A stretch of 64,000 nucleotides of DNA from Klebsormidium nitens (taxonomy: Eukaryota; Plantae; Klebsormidiophyceae): the NCBI GenBank assembly GCA_000708835.1, contig DF237045.1:145820-209819 (forward strand). Reading direction: 5' to 3'. Positions within the stretch are counted from its first letter, which is position 1; every line of letters starts with the position of its first letter. The notes below the pieces were generated by a model that did not search any database, was not told where the DNA came from, and saw only the letters and a program-made list of their open reading frames with translations. This document shows positions 38,301 through 50,400 of this stretch, one piece after another. The position numbers and the translations under genes are program-made.

Positions 38301-40459
38301 AGGGCGTACTGGTTGCCATGAAGACACCTGCAAGTAGGAACCTTGGAAAACTGGAGGGGCGAGTGAGTGAAAGTAAAGGTAGGGTGCAGGATGGGGTTTT
38401 TTCGAGGGCGGATGCCATATGAGAGTCCTCCAATCAACAGTCCTGCAAGCAGGTGAAGAACTCGCACTGCCAGCATCACTGCAGTTCCAAGAGCGCGTCG
38501 CAAATTTCAGCTGACCGTACTCACAAACGAGTTTTCAAGGAGCTCCTCCTGCACACACACTCGCTTTCCTCGTGCTCTACTCAAAAGGCCTCCATTTTCT
38601 CGCTCTTTCAAAGGTCAGGACCCTCTTTCGTCCTTTCAAAGGTCACGACCCTCTTTCGTCTTGCTTTCATAACTTGACCACCAACTTCTCTCTTCGTAAG
38701 AAGGCTCGTTCCTTCCTTGTTCCTTCCTCTTGCTCATTCACAATCCCATCTTTCCACATCTTTCCAATCTGTCAAAAGTCTTACCCTTTGGTTCCGTCAA
38801 TGGGATCGAGCACCCAGTGGCGTCCCTCCGGGCCGCCTGGCGATCGGCCCCTGTCAATTGCAATGACTATTTCCTCCTGACTGAGTGGCTCAGCATCGGT
38901 GATAGATCCGTCCGCCTTGATGGTCTCGTTCACCAACTCAGTAATCCGCGCTAGCATGGGGCCGGCGCTCTCTGCCTGGAGATCGTCTGAGTCCTGCGCA
39001 AATACAAAGGCTTCTGACGTCAATAAATCCATCCTGTATCTGAGTATGTAATGAGAGGCGTTGGCGTCTCAACAATGACGGTGAAGTTGCAAAGCAGGCT
39101 TTAGCAACGGAGGTGAAAGGTGTCCCCGTTTGTGTGAACACTGCCCCCTTTGAAAAGCTAGCGACAGGAATTTGAAACATTTCAAATCTCACAATAACCA
39201 GCGGTACCTTGTATCAATCCTGAAAAGAATGAAAGTCCAGACACAGAGTACACTAGAAGCCTGGAAGAGGAAGTGCGACTGATCAGAAGTTCGCGGATCA
39301 CTGTTGTTTATAGCACGTTGCTGGGATAGCTGGTATGATAGAAGATGCATCATGTGAGATCGGATCCTGGCTTGAGATCTAAACGAGGAATTTACCTCCT
39401 CAGCGACCATGGAGAAAGTCCCCTTCGGCAAGGCCCTCTCAAGGGCCCAACTGATCAGCGCTTGCGAGCCTGCAGGAAAATAGGTGGAAACTGTTGCGAG
39501 TGCGGAGGTTCGATGCCTATTCTCATAAAGGATAGGAAAGCCATGAAGGAAGGTGGAGAATTCTTCATAGTGCAGTAGTCCTTGTGAGTATTGCAGCTCG
39601 ATGTGACTGTTCTGCCTTTAGTGGATAGAATCTCTGCAGTTGATACAGAGTTTCACACAAGTACAAAGAATGGCCATCAGAGCCCCACAAGGATAGAGCG
39701 AATGCGCAGGAGGCACATGGCCAATGCAGATGTGCAAGTCAACCAAAACGCATTCGGCCAAGAGGGCGCCCTGTAGATTGTGTTGGAGTAGTCGAACTCA
39801 CCATAATCAGCAACAGTAACCGGAGACTCGTCCGACTTTGACTGAGTCTCTTTGGCGAGAAGACGGGATTGCACGGTCTGCATTTGCAAAGCATTGTTCA
39901 TTTAATTGCCCCTCTAGGCGACTATGATCTCCTGTAACCTGTGGCAGGTTGCTCTTAGTGCGTTATACGAGCATCAAAACATCACTTGACGAGGCTCCAC
40001 GAGTCTGGCACGGGGCACAATGTGCCAAAAGTTCCTCCTTGAAGATCCAATTTAAAAGGATCTTCGATGAGCGATCCCTGATGCTTGTCAATTGACCTAT
40101 TCATTGCAGGTTTCAGATCCAGATAATGTATAATGTAGGGGACCGCAGGGAGATGGCATAAACTTGAATTGTAGACCTTATGCAGCTAGAGACACGTTGT
40201 GTGTGTGCAATGACCAGATCACTCTGAATGGAGATGTACGAAGATCAATGGCTTCCTGAAAATGGGAGTCCCTGAGGAAGTTTACACGCAGCACCACGAC
40301 CTGTCCCTCCAGCCACTCAGCACAATGGTGTCCCTAAAGACCAAGGAAATTCAAAAAGTCAAGGTTTCAAGGAGGACCGCGCCTGCTCACCGTGCAAAGG
40401 CGACAGGCCAGCCGGACAGCCGTCACGGCAACCTCCAGATCTTTTGCATACTTGGTCAT
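35346..40459 (-). CDS. SAL1: 3'(2'),5'-bisphosphate nucleotidase / inositol polyphosphate 1-phosphatase (SAL1/FIERY1/HAL2 family)
   Basis: Seven phase-compatible exons: MTKYAKDLEVAVTAVRLACRLC, QSKSDESPVTVADYGSQALIS, MVAEEDS, WVLDPIDGTKGFVRGDQYAVAL, FCESFEKKHSD, RIDSQAKYGAMARGD..YREKIWDHVAG, EAGGVVRDAGGNKLDFSKGR. An upstream ORF at ~40570-40780 may add a transit peptide but does not join in phase. Confidence 0.95.
37680..37774. repeat. 24-bp tandem repeat, ~3.5 copies, in a SAL1 intron
   Basis: tagtccttgatcatcccttaatct at 37691, 37715 and 37739, plus partial flanking copies. Confidence 0.9.
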
Positions 40460-41578
40460 GATGGTGCCTGGGTTTAGTCACCCAGAAAACCACTCAACGA
40501 TGCAAGAATGCAACAATGCAGGAACCAGATCAAGATGCGTTTCTGCCTGTTCACCCCTCCAAATTCCACCTCTGCGTCTCCTGCGTCTTGCGCTTTTCAG
40601 AAGTTTTCTCCTCCGAGTCCAACGAGTCGATCACAGCTAGAGGTGAAGCGATGAAGTGCTGACGTGGTCCAAAAGCGGCACCAACCAGAGGGCGCAAACG
40701 CCCAGGCAAGTTTTGTACCGGTTGTTCGCTAGCAGAGATTGAGAGCACCGCCGGGCGCCGCAAAACCAAAATTGGCATATGCTTTCTGTACCATAAGAGC
40801 CATCTAAAACCGCTTTGAAACTTTTGCCGCGACCGGCGGTGCCCTTCGTATAGTGGCATGTATGACCGTATGTCCCATTTCACCAGCTAAATCGTCATTT
40901 TTGGGGCGCTCAGTAGGGGGGTCAAAAGCTCAGAATTTTTGGCGGAAACTTGTCGAGACCTTATTGGTGCCTATTCAAGCCATTTTGAAGTTGTGGGCAC
41001 TTCAAACTCATCCAGAATCTCAACATACAGTTTTGCTATCTGGCGACTTTTACCCGGCGTTTGCGCCCTCTGGCACCAACCTCAAGAGGTACCGTACCGT
41101 TCGCAGACGAACAAGGCGGCGGTGCCTACTTTGCTACCCACGTGATGGATCCGATCAATTGATTGGTAGATCAGGCCTTGAACAAACACATGATTCTCTT
41201 GCAAGGCTGCCAGTGCAAGTTTCAACTCGCTGTTCAGTTTGCAATTGCTGTGAATCGTGTTTAGCATGGCGCCAAGCCCTAGCTGGGATCTGGAACGGCT
41301 TCATTCAGCAAGGGAGATGGCACTCATATCAGAAGGGAAAATGGAGCTAATGAATACAACAATGCTACAAACAACCGGGAGCAATGCTGACGTTTTTGCC
41401 ACCAGATGATCCAGTGGAAGCTCAACAAGCTGCATGCAGAACCATTTGGAGGGTGTGCAAAGATAGGTGTTCGCTGGATGCTCTCAAAGACTCATCTGAA
41501 GCACTCTGAATTGAAACAATTTGCAAGTCAGCTGCAATTCCTTAACGGAGACCCTTGCCTTTAGTGGTGGCTGGGGGA

Positions 41579-44500
41579 ATGGGACAAGCACAGTCACACA
41601 GCGACAGCTTTTTGAAGGCATCAAAGTAATTCGGTCAAAGCCTTGGTCAAGCTCTTCGTACTGCTACTCTACTCGGGGGGATCCCTCTGCAAAAAGCTTC
41701 TGATTTTGGTTCGCTTCATGTGATGAGTATAGCCCATGCCAATGGCACGGGCGTTTCAAATGGCAGCTTCGTCTTCATGCAATATCAATCAAGCATTGAG
41801 GATGAGAGCTGGAGTGCTCTGGATTGGAAGGAGGAACGGGTAGGCATCAAGGAGAATGCGACTCTACTTCAAAAATCAGTCTCTGTTTTGCAAAGACTGT
41901 CTTCGTCAAATGCAGGCAGTTCACGCCTCAAGAGCTTGACAACCTCAGAAGCAAGTTCAGATCCATAGCACACAAGTCAAGATCGTCAGAGGACCTATGC
42001 ATATTCGCCTCTGCTTTTCAGGTGAGGAAATTCTGCTTTGATGTGAGAAAGACCTGCAATTGAAGTTCTAGAGTTGGCGCGAAGGAACATACCTTTAAAT
42101 TCAACCCGGTGCCATGTTATACAAGTTGAGCGAACGTAATTTGACTGACGTCCAAGATCAGACTGTGAAAACTGGATTGCACCGCCATTGAAAGTCCCTT
42201 CGCTTCTTTGTTCAATGCCCCTCACATTGACGTCACCAGCACTTTGCAGCGAGAAATCCTTCTCTTATTATTATGACGTCATTGAAAAGTTGGAAATTGG
42301 TGGCACTTGTGTGCAGGCGCACTATGAGATCCACGGGGTGCTGGGTGCTCGACTATACCACCTTCTGAGCAAGAAGAGAGGCGACGGATGCGTGTCCTTT
42401 GAGGACTTTGTTGAAGCTAAGGTAACTTTGCTTAGACACTTGTCTTCATACGATCTCCCTGCGCTCAGACATACCTCTCAGGCGGGCTTTTGAGGGATTG
42501 GCTGTGCAGGTCAAAGTGAGCAACCACCCACGAGAATGGATGATTGCACAGAGACCAAAAGTGTGGCCTTCTACAAACAATGTTCCAGTCTGAAGGAAAT
42601 ACATTTGGAGGTTATGATGATCAGGCAAAAGCTAATTCGACATATTCAAAACCTCAAAGGAATAGGACCATGAAAGGCTTTGTTGAATATCAGGTAATAT
42701 TCTGAGAGAAGCCCTGATTGTTGACCTTTTCTCACAAACTTTTCTGAACCAACGAACTTTTCTGAACCAGGCAATTGCAAGGAAGGGATCGCCAGAGGAG
42801 AAGGAGGCCCTGGCTTACAGCTTACTAGACGTTGAAGACGATGGTTGCGTCAGAAAGTAAGCGGCACGCTTCTCTTTTCATTTGCAAGAGAATGCCCGCT
42901 TTCTTCCATCTCGCCCTCAACTCTGTTTGATTTGCGAAGACTCGTCAAAAATAACAAGTCGGTTTGCAATTTACACTGGTCAAACCAGCTTTCATAACTT
43001 CTACGAGCTTTGAAACCTTCAATCTGGTGGTTTTGAGGAAACGACCTGGTACCACGGGCAGACCTGCTCCCTCTCAAGTAGTTCTTTGGAAAAAGATCTT
43101 CTGGTTAGCCGTCATGGCTTCAAACCTGTATTTTCACAGCTTCACGACCGGTGGCCTCTTAACGCTCCAAGAGAAAGACGACGTCAACAATTTTTGGGGT
43201 GTACAACAGGATGTCTTGCACACGCGTTCGACTAACCGATACACCCGAGATTCCTTGATCAGACGACTCGTTGTTTTTCCGCCACTAACAGCATCTACTC
43301 CGATGGCCCATTTGCTCTCGACACCCGTTCTGTTCCCCCAAGGTAAGCCCAAATTCCACCAGCTTTCGGATTTTTCGAAGTCCCAAGATGCTACCCCTTC
43401 AACTGACACAAGCGTTGCTGTGCAGGTCTGATCTTGAGGCGGTCGTCACGTCCTGTGTCAAGACCGTCCTCGGGCAGGGTCCAGACCAAGCGGCTGACGA
43501 GGCCACAGTCGCAGCGATTGTGCGCAGCGCTGAGTTCTCCGAGAGAAAGCAGGAGCCGTGCATGAGCTTGGAGGACTTTCGAAGATGGAGCAGGGGGGTG
43601 CCGGCAGTACGCAGGGTCCTTGAGAGTTTAATGGCCGACCCTGAAGCAGGTAAGAGAGGCACCACGTCTGCTAAAGGTTGGACATATCCAAGTTCAAATG
43701 TCGGATCCTACACCGGCCCCTTTTGGACATCGCTCTAGTTTTCAGGCGGACTGCAGAAATTTGAAGTGGCTTTGGCCGAGTTTGACCAAACTAGGTTCGG
43801 AACCCTGTCCTGATGCGATAGGACTGCTCCGGGCTGAATGTTGCAGACTGGGAGTGATATGTGAGGATTGGACGGCTGTGATACGATCTCGGCCGTTGTG
43901 AACCTCTGCGACCCGCCTGTTTGAAACTGTTCCTAGCTGGATGGTCAACAGGTCGGTTTCTACGTGTCCAACAATCAGAATCTAGGCCCTCCCATTCCAA
44001 ACCGAGTCGAAACCCCCTTGATACCACCCCACCCAGGGCAACAAAGTAGTCGTCCGTCAATCGTTGGCCAATCGTTGGCACGAACCGCCTATATACCCTG
44101 CTGCAGGCGGCCAAAAATGGGCGGTGCCCGATCTAGTTGTTCCGGGTGACGCCACGTGTCCCGTTCTGCTGACGCGCGAGCACGCCTGGCTCCTGGGCGG
44201 GGCGCTGACGCCCGAGGAGCTGGTGACGTGGCGGCTCGCGTACAGCAGCAAGGCCCACGGGCTGAGCTTCAGCACGTTCGTCGGGAAGATGGCGAGGTGA
44301 GCCGGTGGAGCTCTTTCCCCTTTCAGAGTTCTGAAGACGTTTCGCCATGACCAAAAAAGGCACGGCAGTGCCTTTACAATTGACGAGGAAAAACCTGGGA
44401 AGTGATAAGAGCGTTATTGGATGGGATTGCAACATTCAGCAAAGGGTTCGAAGCTTTGACTGAGGGTTAGATACAGACTGCGACCCACTGATATGCTCTT

Positions 44501-46019
44501 CAAAAACCCCTCCGAATTTCTCTAGACCGGCCCAAGCCGTTGTCCGACTTTGATTGTATGCAACCTGCAAAGCCCCCGTCCAAACCGGCTTTCTCACAAG
44601 CACCGCCTCGCATCTTCTAGAGCAAGTCTCAAGCTTACTAATTATGAGGCCCCTCGTTTCACGGGGGGACCCCAAGCTTCTCTATGTTATTGACCAGCAA
44701 ACGCCTCGTGCGCCACTTCTTATACTTTGCGCCTCACATCATCAGTTTAAATTCTCCTCTGTGCTGGGCCGCTCGGCTCGCTGGTGGATACTCTTTACTT
44801 CAACTCGTTGAGGCCCTGTTCACACCGGCTCTCCCTCTTCCTCCGCGCTAACCAGTCTTGACCTTCCAGTGTACAGGGCCCCTCGGTCCTTGTAGTGAGG
44901 GACGCGAGTGGCGCACTTTTCGGCGGATTCGCTTCTCAACCGTGGGAGCGCCGCAGCGATTACTACGGCGATATGCACAGCTTCCTCTTCACGCTGCTGC
45001 CGCAGGCGGCCATCTTCAGGCCTTCGGGAGCCAACCGCAACCTACAGTGGGTGAGTCGAAACGTTCAACAAAAAGCTGTTTGCCAAGCCCTTGAGTAATG
45101 CTTGAGCAGGCACGCTATTTGGTCCCTACTCGTACATCCCCTGAGCAATGAGCATCGAACCGTCTTATGCCAAAGTCGAGGTTGTTACCTTGGCTTGCAT
45201 CGTGTCGCACACCCTCCTCTTAGCTGTTGCCATGTGTCGTGCAGTGCGCGATTAACTACCAGTCCGATTCCCTTCCCAACGGCTGCGGCTTCGGCGGACA
45301 GGTGCACCACTTCGGACTATTTCTGGACGCTAGCTTCGACAGCGGCGAGTCACGCCCGTGCGTCACGTTCAACAGGTGCGAACAACCTTGACTTTTACAA
45401 AGCTTCTTTGGCTGTTTTGCTAGATTCGCGATGAGCACTGCATATTTCAGAGGGGACTTGGTGACCATGTTTGGACCCGAACCTAAGGTGCGCAAGCGGC
45501 GCAAGTCTCGAGTTCAGACGATGCTTATCAATAAAAAGTTGTGCTTGGTATCTCAAGCGGATGCGTCCCCGTGCGCGAATCGCTTGCTGGAGGTCCTAAT
45601 TGGTTACATTCATCTTTTCCGCGCCTATTCTTTACGGCGCCCAGTCCGGGTCCGCCTTATGGAGTGGCGGCGAGCCAACGCCAAAACATTTTACGCTCTG
45701 AGGATCACGGCTTCATCTTGCCTGATTTCGCTTGAGCTGCCTTGACCACACCGCGACGATTCGCAATGGTTCTTGAGAAACGAGCAAGCTGGTGCATCTA
45801 ACATGCTTTCCCGTTCGGTTTTGCAGCCCTTCTTTGTCATCCAGCCCGCGTTTCACCCCCGACCACATTGAGTGCTGGGCTGTAGAGATCTTGAGATCGA
45901 CCAACGCTGGCGATCAAGTTGCTTTAAAAGGAACAGTCTTGGAAAGGTTCAAGGAAGATCGGGCTGTGCTTAACATGATGGGCATCGCCGATCACGCCTC
46001 TGCAACTGGTGAAGGATGA
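41579..46019 (+). CDS. EF-hand + TLDc domain protein (MEAK7/TLDC1-like) with N-myristoylation motif
   Basis: Start MGQAQS. EF-hand-like VSFEDFVEAK and LLDVEDDGCVRKSDLE. TLDc motifs: WRLAYSSKAHGLSFSTF, GPSVLVVRDASGALFGGFASQPW, NGCGFGGQVHHFGLFLD, IECWAV. All splice phases are consistent. Confidence 0.92.
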
Positions 46020-46588
46020 TAGAGCTGGATCATGCGAGACTTATCCGGCCCTAAAGAACATGTTGATAATCTGTTTTTTGTCAAACGAGATTGTCCACCC
46101 ATGTGCTAGGAACAAGATCTCAGTCGTACACTAGCATGGTCCGTTCGTGGAAAGTAATGAGATGCATGGTTACAATGCTGTGCAGTGTCTACTTTTCTAT
46201 GGTTCAAATAAAGGTTCATGCGATCTTGATCGACAATTCATACGTCCGCCTGCAATCAATCAGGGTCGAGAATGATCACGGAACTGTCGTACTCCACTGT
46301 CGCGATCCTAACCGAGGATCTCTTGCTAAACCCAGCTACGCCAGGCACCCAGATGCATGTCAACGCAATACAGCCACCGACGCCGCGTATCCTTGCTCCT
46401 CCGGCGTCAGCTGGCTCCCCACCAGCCATCCCCGACACTTGTCTGCTACGGGCCCTCCCGTCTCTTTCGCCCTGGCCGGTTGGCTCTGCCCCACCGGTCT
46501 CCCGACCCCATTCTGTCCCGGCCGGATTTGCTCCGGCACCCCATCTACTCCTTTCCCGTCCTCGGCCGCCCGCAGCCCTTCTCCCTTT

Positions 46589-47499
46589 NNNNNNNNNNNN
46601 NNNNNNNNNNNNNNNNNNNNNNNNNNNNNNNNNNNNNNNNNNNNNNNNNNNNNNNNNNNNNNNNNNNNNNNNNNNNNNNNNNNNNNNNNNNNNNNNNNNN
46701 NNNNNNNNNNNNNNNNNNNNNNNNNNNNNNNNNNNNNNNNNNNNNNNNNNNNNNNNNNNNNNNNNNNNNNNNNNNNNNNNNNNNNNNNNNNNNNNNNNNN
46801 NNNNNNNNNNNNNNNNNNNNNNNNNNNNNNNNNNNNNNNNNNNNNNNNNNNNNNNNNNNNNNNNNNNNNNNNNNNNNNNNNNNNNNNNNNNNNNNNNNNN
46901 NNNNNNNNNNNNNNNNNNNNNNNNNNNNNNNNNNNNNNNNNNNNNNNNNNNNNNNNNNNNNNNNNNNNNNNNNNNNNNNNNNNNNNNNNNNNNNNNNNNN
47001 NNNNNNNNNNNNNNNNNNNNNNNNNNNNNNNNNNNNNNNNNNNNNNNNNNNNNNNNNNNNNNNNNNNNNNNNNNNNNNNNNNNNNNNNNNNNNNNNNNNN
47101 NNNNNNNNNNNNNNNNNNNNNNNNNNNNNNNNNNNNNNNNNNNNNNNNNNNNNNNNNNNNNNNNNNNNNNNNNNNNNNNNNNNNNNNNNNNNNNNNNNNN
47201 NNNNNNNNNNNNNNNNNNNNNNNNNNNNNNNNNNNNNNNNNNNNNNNNNNNNNNNNNNNNNNNNNNNNNNNNNNNNNNNNNNNNNNNNNNNNNNNNNNNN
47301 NNNNNNNNNNNNNNNNNNNNNNNNNNNNNNNNNNNNNNNNNNNNNNNNNNNNNNNNNNNNNNNNNNNNNNNNNNNNNNNNNNNNNNNNNNNNNNNNNNNN
47401 NNNNNNNNNNNNNNNNNNNNNNNNNNNNNNNNNNNNNNNNNNNNNNNNNNNNNNNNNNNNNNNNNNNNNNNNNNNNNNNNNNNNNNNNNNNNNNNNNNN
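46589..47499. other. Assembly gap (911 N) interrupting the histidine kinase receiver domain
   Basis: Run of n in the sequence. Confidence 1.
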
Positions 47500-50400
47500 A
47501 ACGGCGCGCGCACCCAATTTCGCCATCGCCTGGACTGCGAGCTTCCGCAGAAGGACATTATCCTCGGCGATTAGAACAGTCCGGCCTCTCAAAGGGAGGC
47601 TCAAACCCTCCGTTTTGGACTTGAAGGGGACGCTCAAAACCGCTGCTCCATCCCCCCGTTCCACTTTCGGTTCCTCCTCCAGGGAGACGCCCCGTCCATC
47701 TTGTCCCACGCGCGCGCGCACGCCTCGACGTTCCGCCCATTCCGCGCCCTCTCCGACCTCTGCCACGGAATGCCCTGAGTGCTCGGCCCCCGGCTTGCCT
47801 CCTTGCCTGAAGCTCTCTCCCGGGCTGCCAAGCGGCTCGGGGGATCCCGGTTCCGCCGTTGGGCACGGTTCCGTTCCGGCCATCGTGTGCAGCAGACGCT
47901 GCAGCTTGGATTCGTAAAGCGGTTCGGTGGCAATCGCCGAGAAACCCGCCTTTCGCAGCGTGTCCCAGACGCAGACCGGTGTGGAAGGCTTCACCACCCA
48001 TGCGACCGGTAGGTGCGCCCCGCCCTGAATTCCTGCCCATAAAGAAGATCGCAAACGTCTGGTGAGCCAATTTAAAGAGCATGCTGACCTTGAATGAAGG
48101 CGAACGGAAACCCGGAAGGCTTAGCGACTCAGAAGCCCGCTGCACAGCCGGTCGGTCGCCTAATTGATAGCATGTGATGGGCTCGTGGCGTGCAGTGCCC
48201 TCGAGGGTCGAGAAAACAGAAAATTCAGGTCAATACAGAGGCAAATTTCAGGTTGATACAGATATGACGTTTCGATCTAATGATGGCTTTTCTAATCTTA
48301 TTCGTATTCTAAACCCGTTTTTTAAGGGGCTCTCGCAACGTTTGATTTCTTAAGACAATTTTGAAATTCACCCTGTTCAATGCAGAGCCCTCCCTTCACA
48401 GGGTTGAATCTTATGATAAGTTTATTTGATCTGTATAGTCACAGCAAAGAATACATCTTGTAAATTATCTGATTTCAAAATTCAGACGCCTTAAACCCCA
48501 TGTTTGGCAAATAAAAGATAAAAGGCTAAACGATTCAATTCAAAAAAGCAAACTTAAAGAAGTAAGCCAAATAATCTGTAAGGCTTTTCCCAAAATAAAT
48601 CTTCAAATTTTGACTGTTAGTACTATATTTTGAAAATTAGGCTGAGCTTCTGGATCTTTTCAATAGACCCAAGAGATAATGCCTATGCTTATTGGCAGAC
48701 TAGGAAGAGTCTGAATTCTGCTCAAAATATGCATTGTACTTGTAGAAATAATCTAAGAAATGACAGAGAAAACAATTGTATACATGAACAAATACAATCA
48801 CCCCCGTTAGATATCCAATGAGATCCAACGCTGATGAGAGGCTGCCGTGGAATCCGCATCTGTTGAATAACGTTTAAATAAAAAGAATTTGAGCCGGTAA
48901 CTCAGTTGGTTAGAGTATACGCCTGATAAGCGTAAAGTCGGCTGTTCAAGTCCCTCGGCTCAAGTGATTGAGTCCAGTGAAAAGCCAATCAATTCAAATC
49001 AAATCAATCAAAGCAATCGCTAAAAGTTTGAGCTGCTCCGTGGTCAGCATCCAGATACTGATCAAGACAATCGTCAGCACGAGACAGAATGAGGATTTTC
49101 ATTGAGCAAGCCACGAGTCCGTTCGCGTCTTTTTACGCCTGCAAATGTCTGCTGCTGCTTTTTACATTTTGGTTACTCCATTTCAAGTGATGAGAGGACA
49201 GACCCGGGAGGTGTGGACTGAAAGCACGAGATAAAACTTAGTCAATGGATGACTATAAGACGGTTCGAAAAGTGTGGCCCGTTCCCAAGGCGCCACTTTG
49301 ACCACTTACTTCTCCCAATCTCAATGACATCGCTGTTTGAACCAGCTACTTACGTAAAATTTGCACGATTCGCTCAGCAATCTTCGCACTCCGCAAGGTG
49401 TGCTCGGATTCTATCACGAAAACAGAGCCAGCCGTCGTACCAGAGTTCCCAAGGGCATGATGAACCTGCGCCAGGTATCCATCCAACTCCTCCATGGTCA
49501 AGTCATTGGGGAGAACGGAGAGCGCCAGGATCGCACAGTCAACAACCTTGCAGCTCGCGGCAGCAGGCGGCGACCGCGGCCTGGGGGGTAGCTCCACTCC
49601 CGCCAAGCCGCCCCCTGGCGCAGAGAACCTATCCTTGCTGCGCACGCTTTGTCCGGCTTCGAGGTCCACTACCGCTTGCGGTCGTTTCGCTAACGGAGGA
49701 AACTGGCGGAATAACATTGACTGTGTGCGCCGGACTCTGATCGCCGGGGCTGGTGTCGGGCCCGGTTGGTGCGCGTCGCCGTACGCCCAGTGCTGCAATA
49801 GAGCGCGCCCGGTGCCTAGCCCCGGGTCCCGCGAATGCTCCGCAAGACTGCTCAGCGCTTCGATGACGTCAAGCCAGCACAGTGCCTCCACCACCGTCGC
49901 GCCGTGCCGCCGCATGGACGCCGCCGAGAGCGACCGGGTGAGGAAGCTCGGGATGCCGAGCACCACATTGTAGTGCACGGGGGGATCGCCTGGGGTCATA
50001 CGCGGCGAAAGCAGGGGCGGCCGCGCGGCCGCGAAGGCGAGGTCGAAGCGGAAGAGCGTCCCGGGGCCGATTTTGTCGGCGATTGCGATCGAACCCCCTA
50101 TCATTTCGACAAGATTTCTGACGATTCCCAAGCCAAGGCCGGTTCCCCCGTGCTCGCGCGTGGTGGACAATTCCGCCTGGGCGTAATCCTGGAATACGAC
50201 AGCGCGCTTTTCCGGCGGAATGCCGCATCCGGAGTCCTCGAGTTCGAACCGCAGACGAACCAGTGGGCTCACTGATAGTGGGGAGGTTAAGGAATGGGAG
50301 GGGCTTCGGCCCGAGATGGACCAGCGAGGAGAGTCACGAGGGCTTTGGTTGTCGTTTTCCAAGTAGCAGCGGATGATGATGTAGCCCCCCTGCCAAGAAC

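Noticed and set aside
46091-48054. Very long ORFs (337-608 aa) in the ORF track
   Set aside because: They read through the 911-N gap and are artefacts. Only the minus-strand frame at 47500-48034 is real kinase sequence.
48891-48962. Functional nuclear tRNA gene
   Set aside because: The T-stem cannot pair because of the 2-nt deletion, the anticodon type is atypical for the nucleus, and there is no oligo-T Pol III terminator just downstream.
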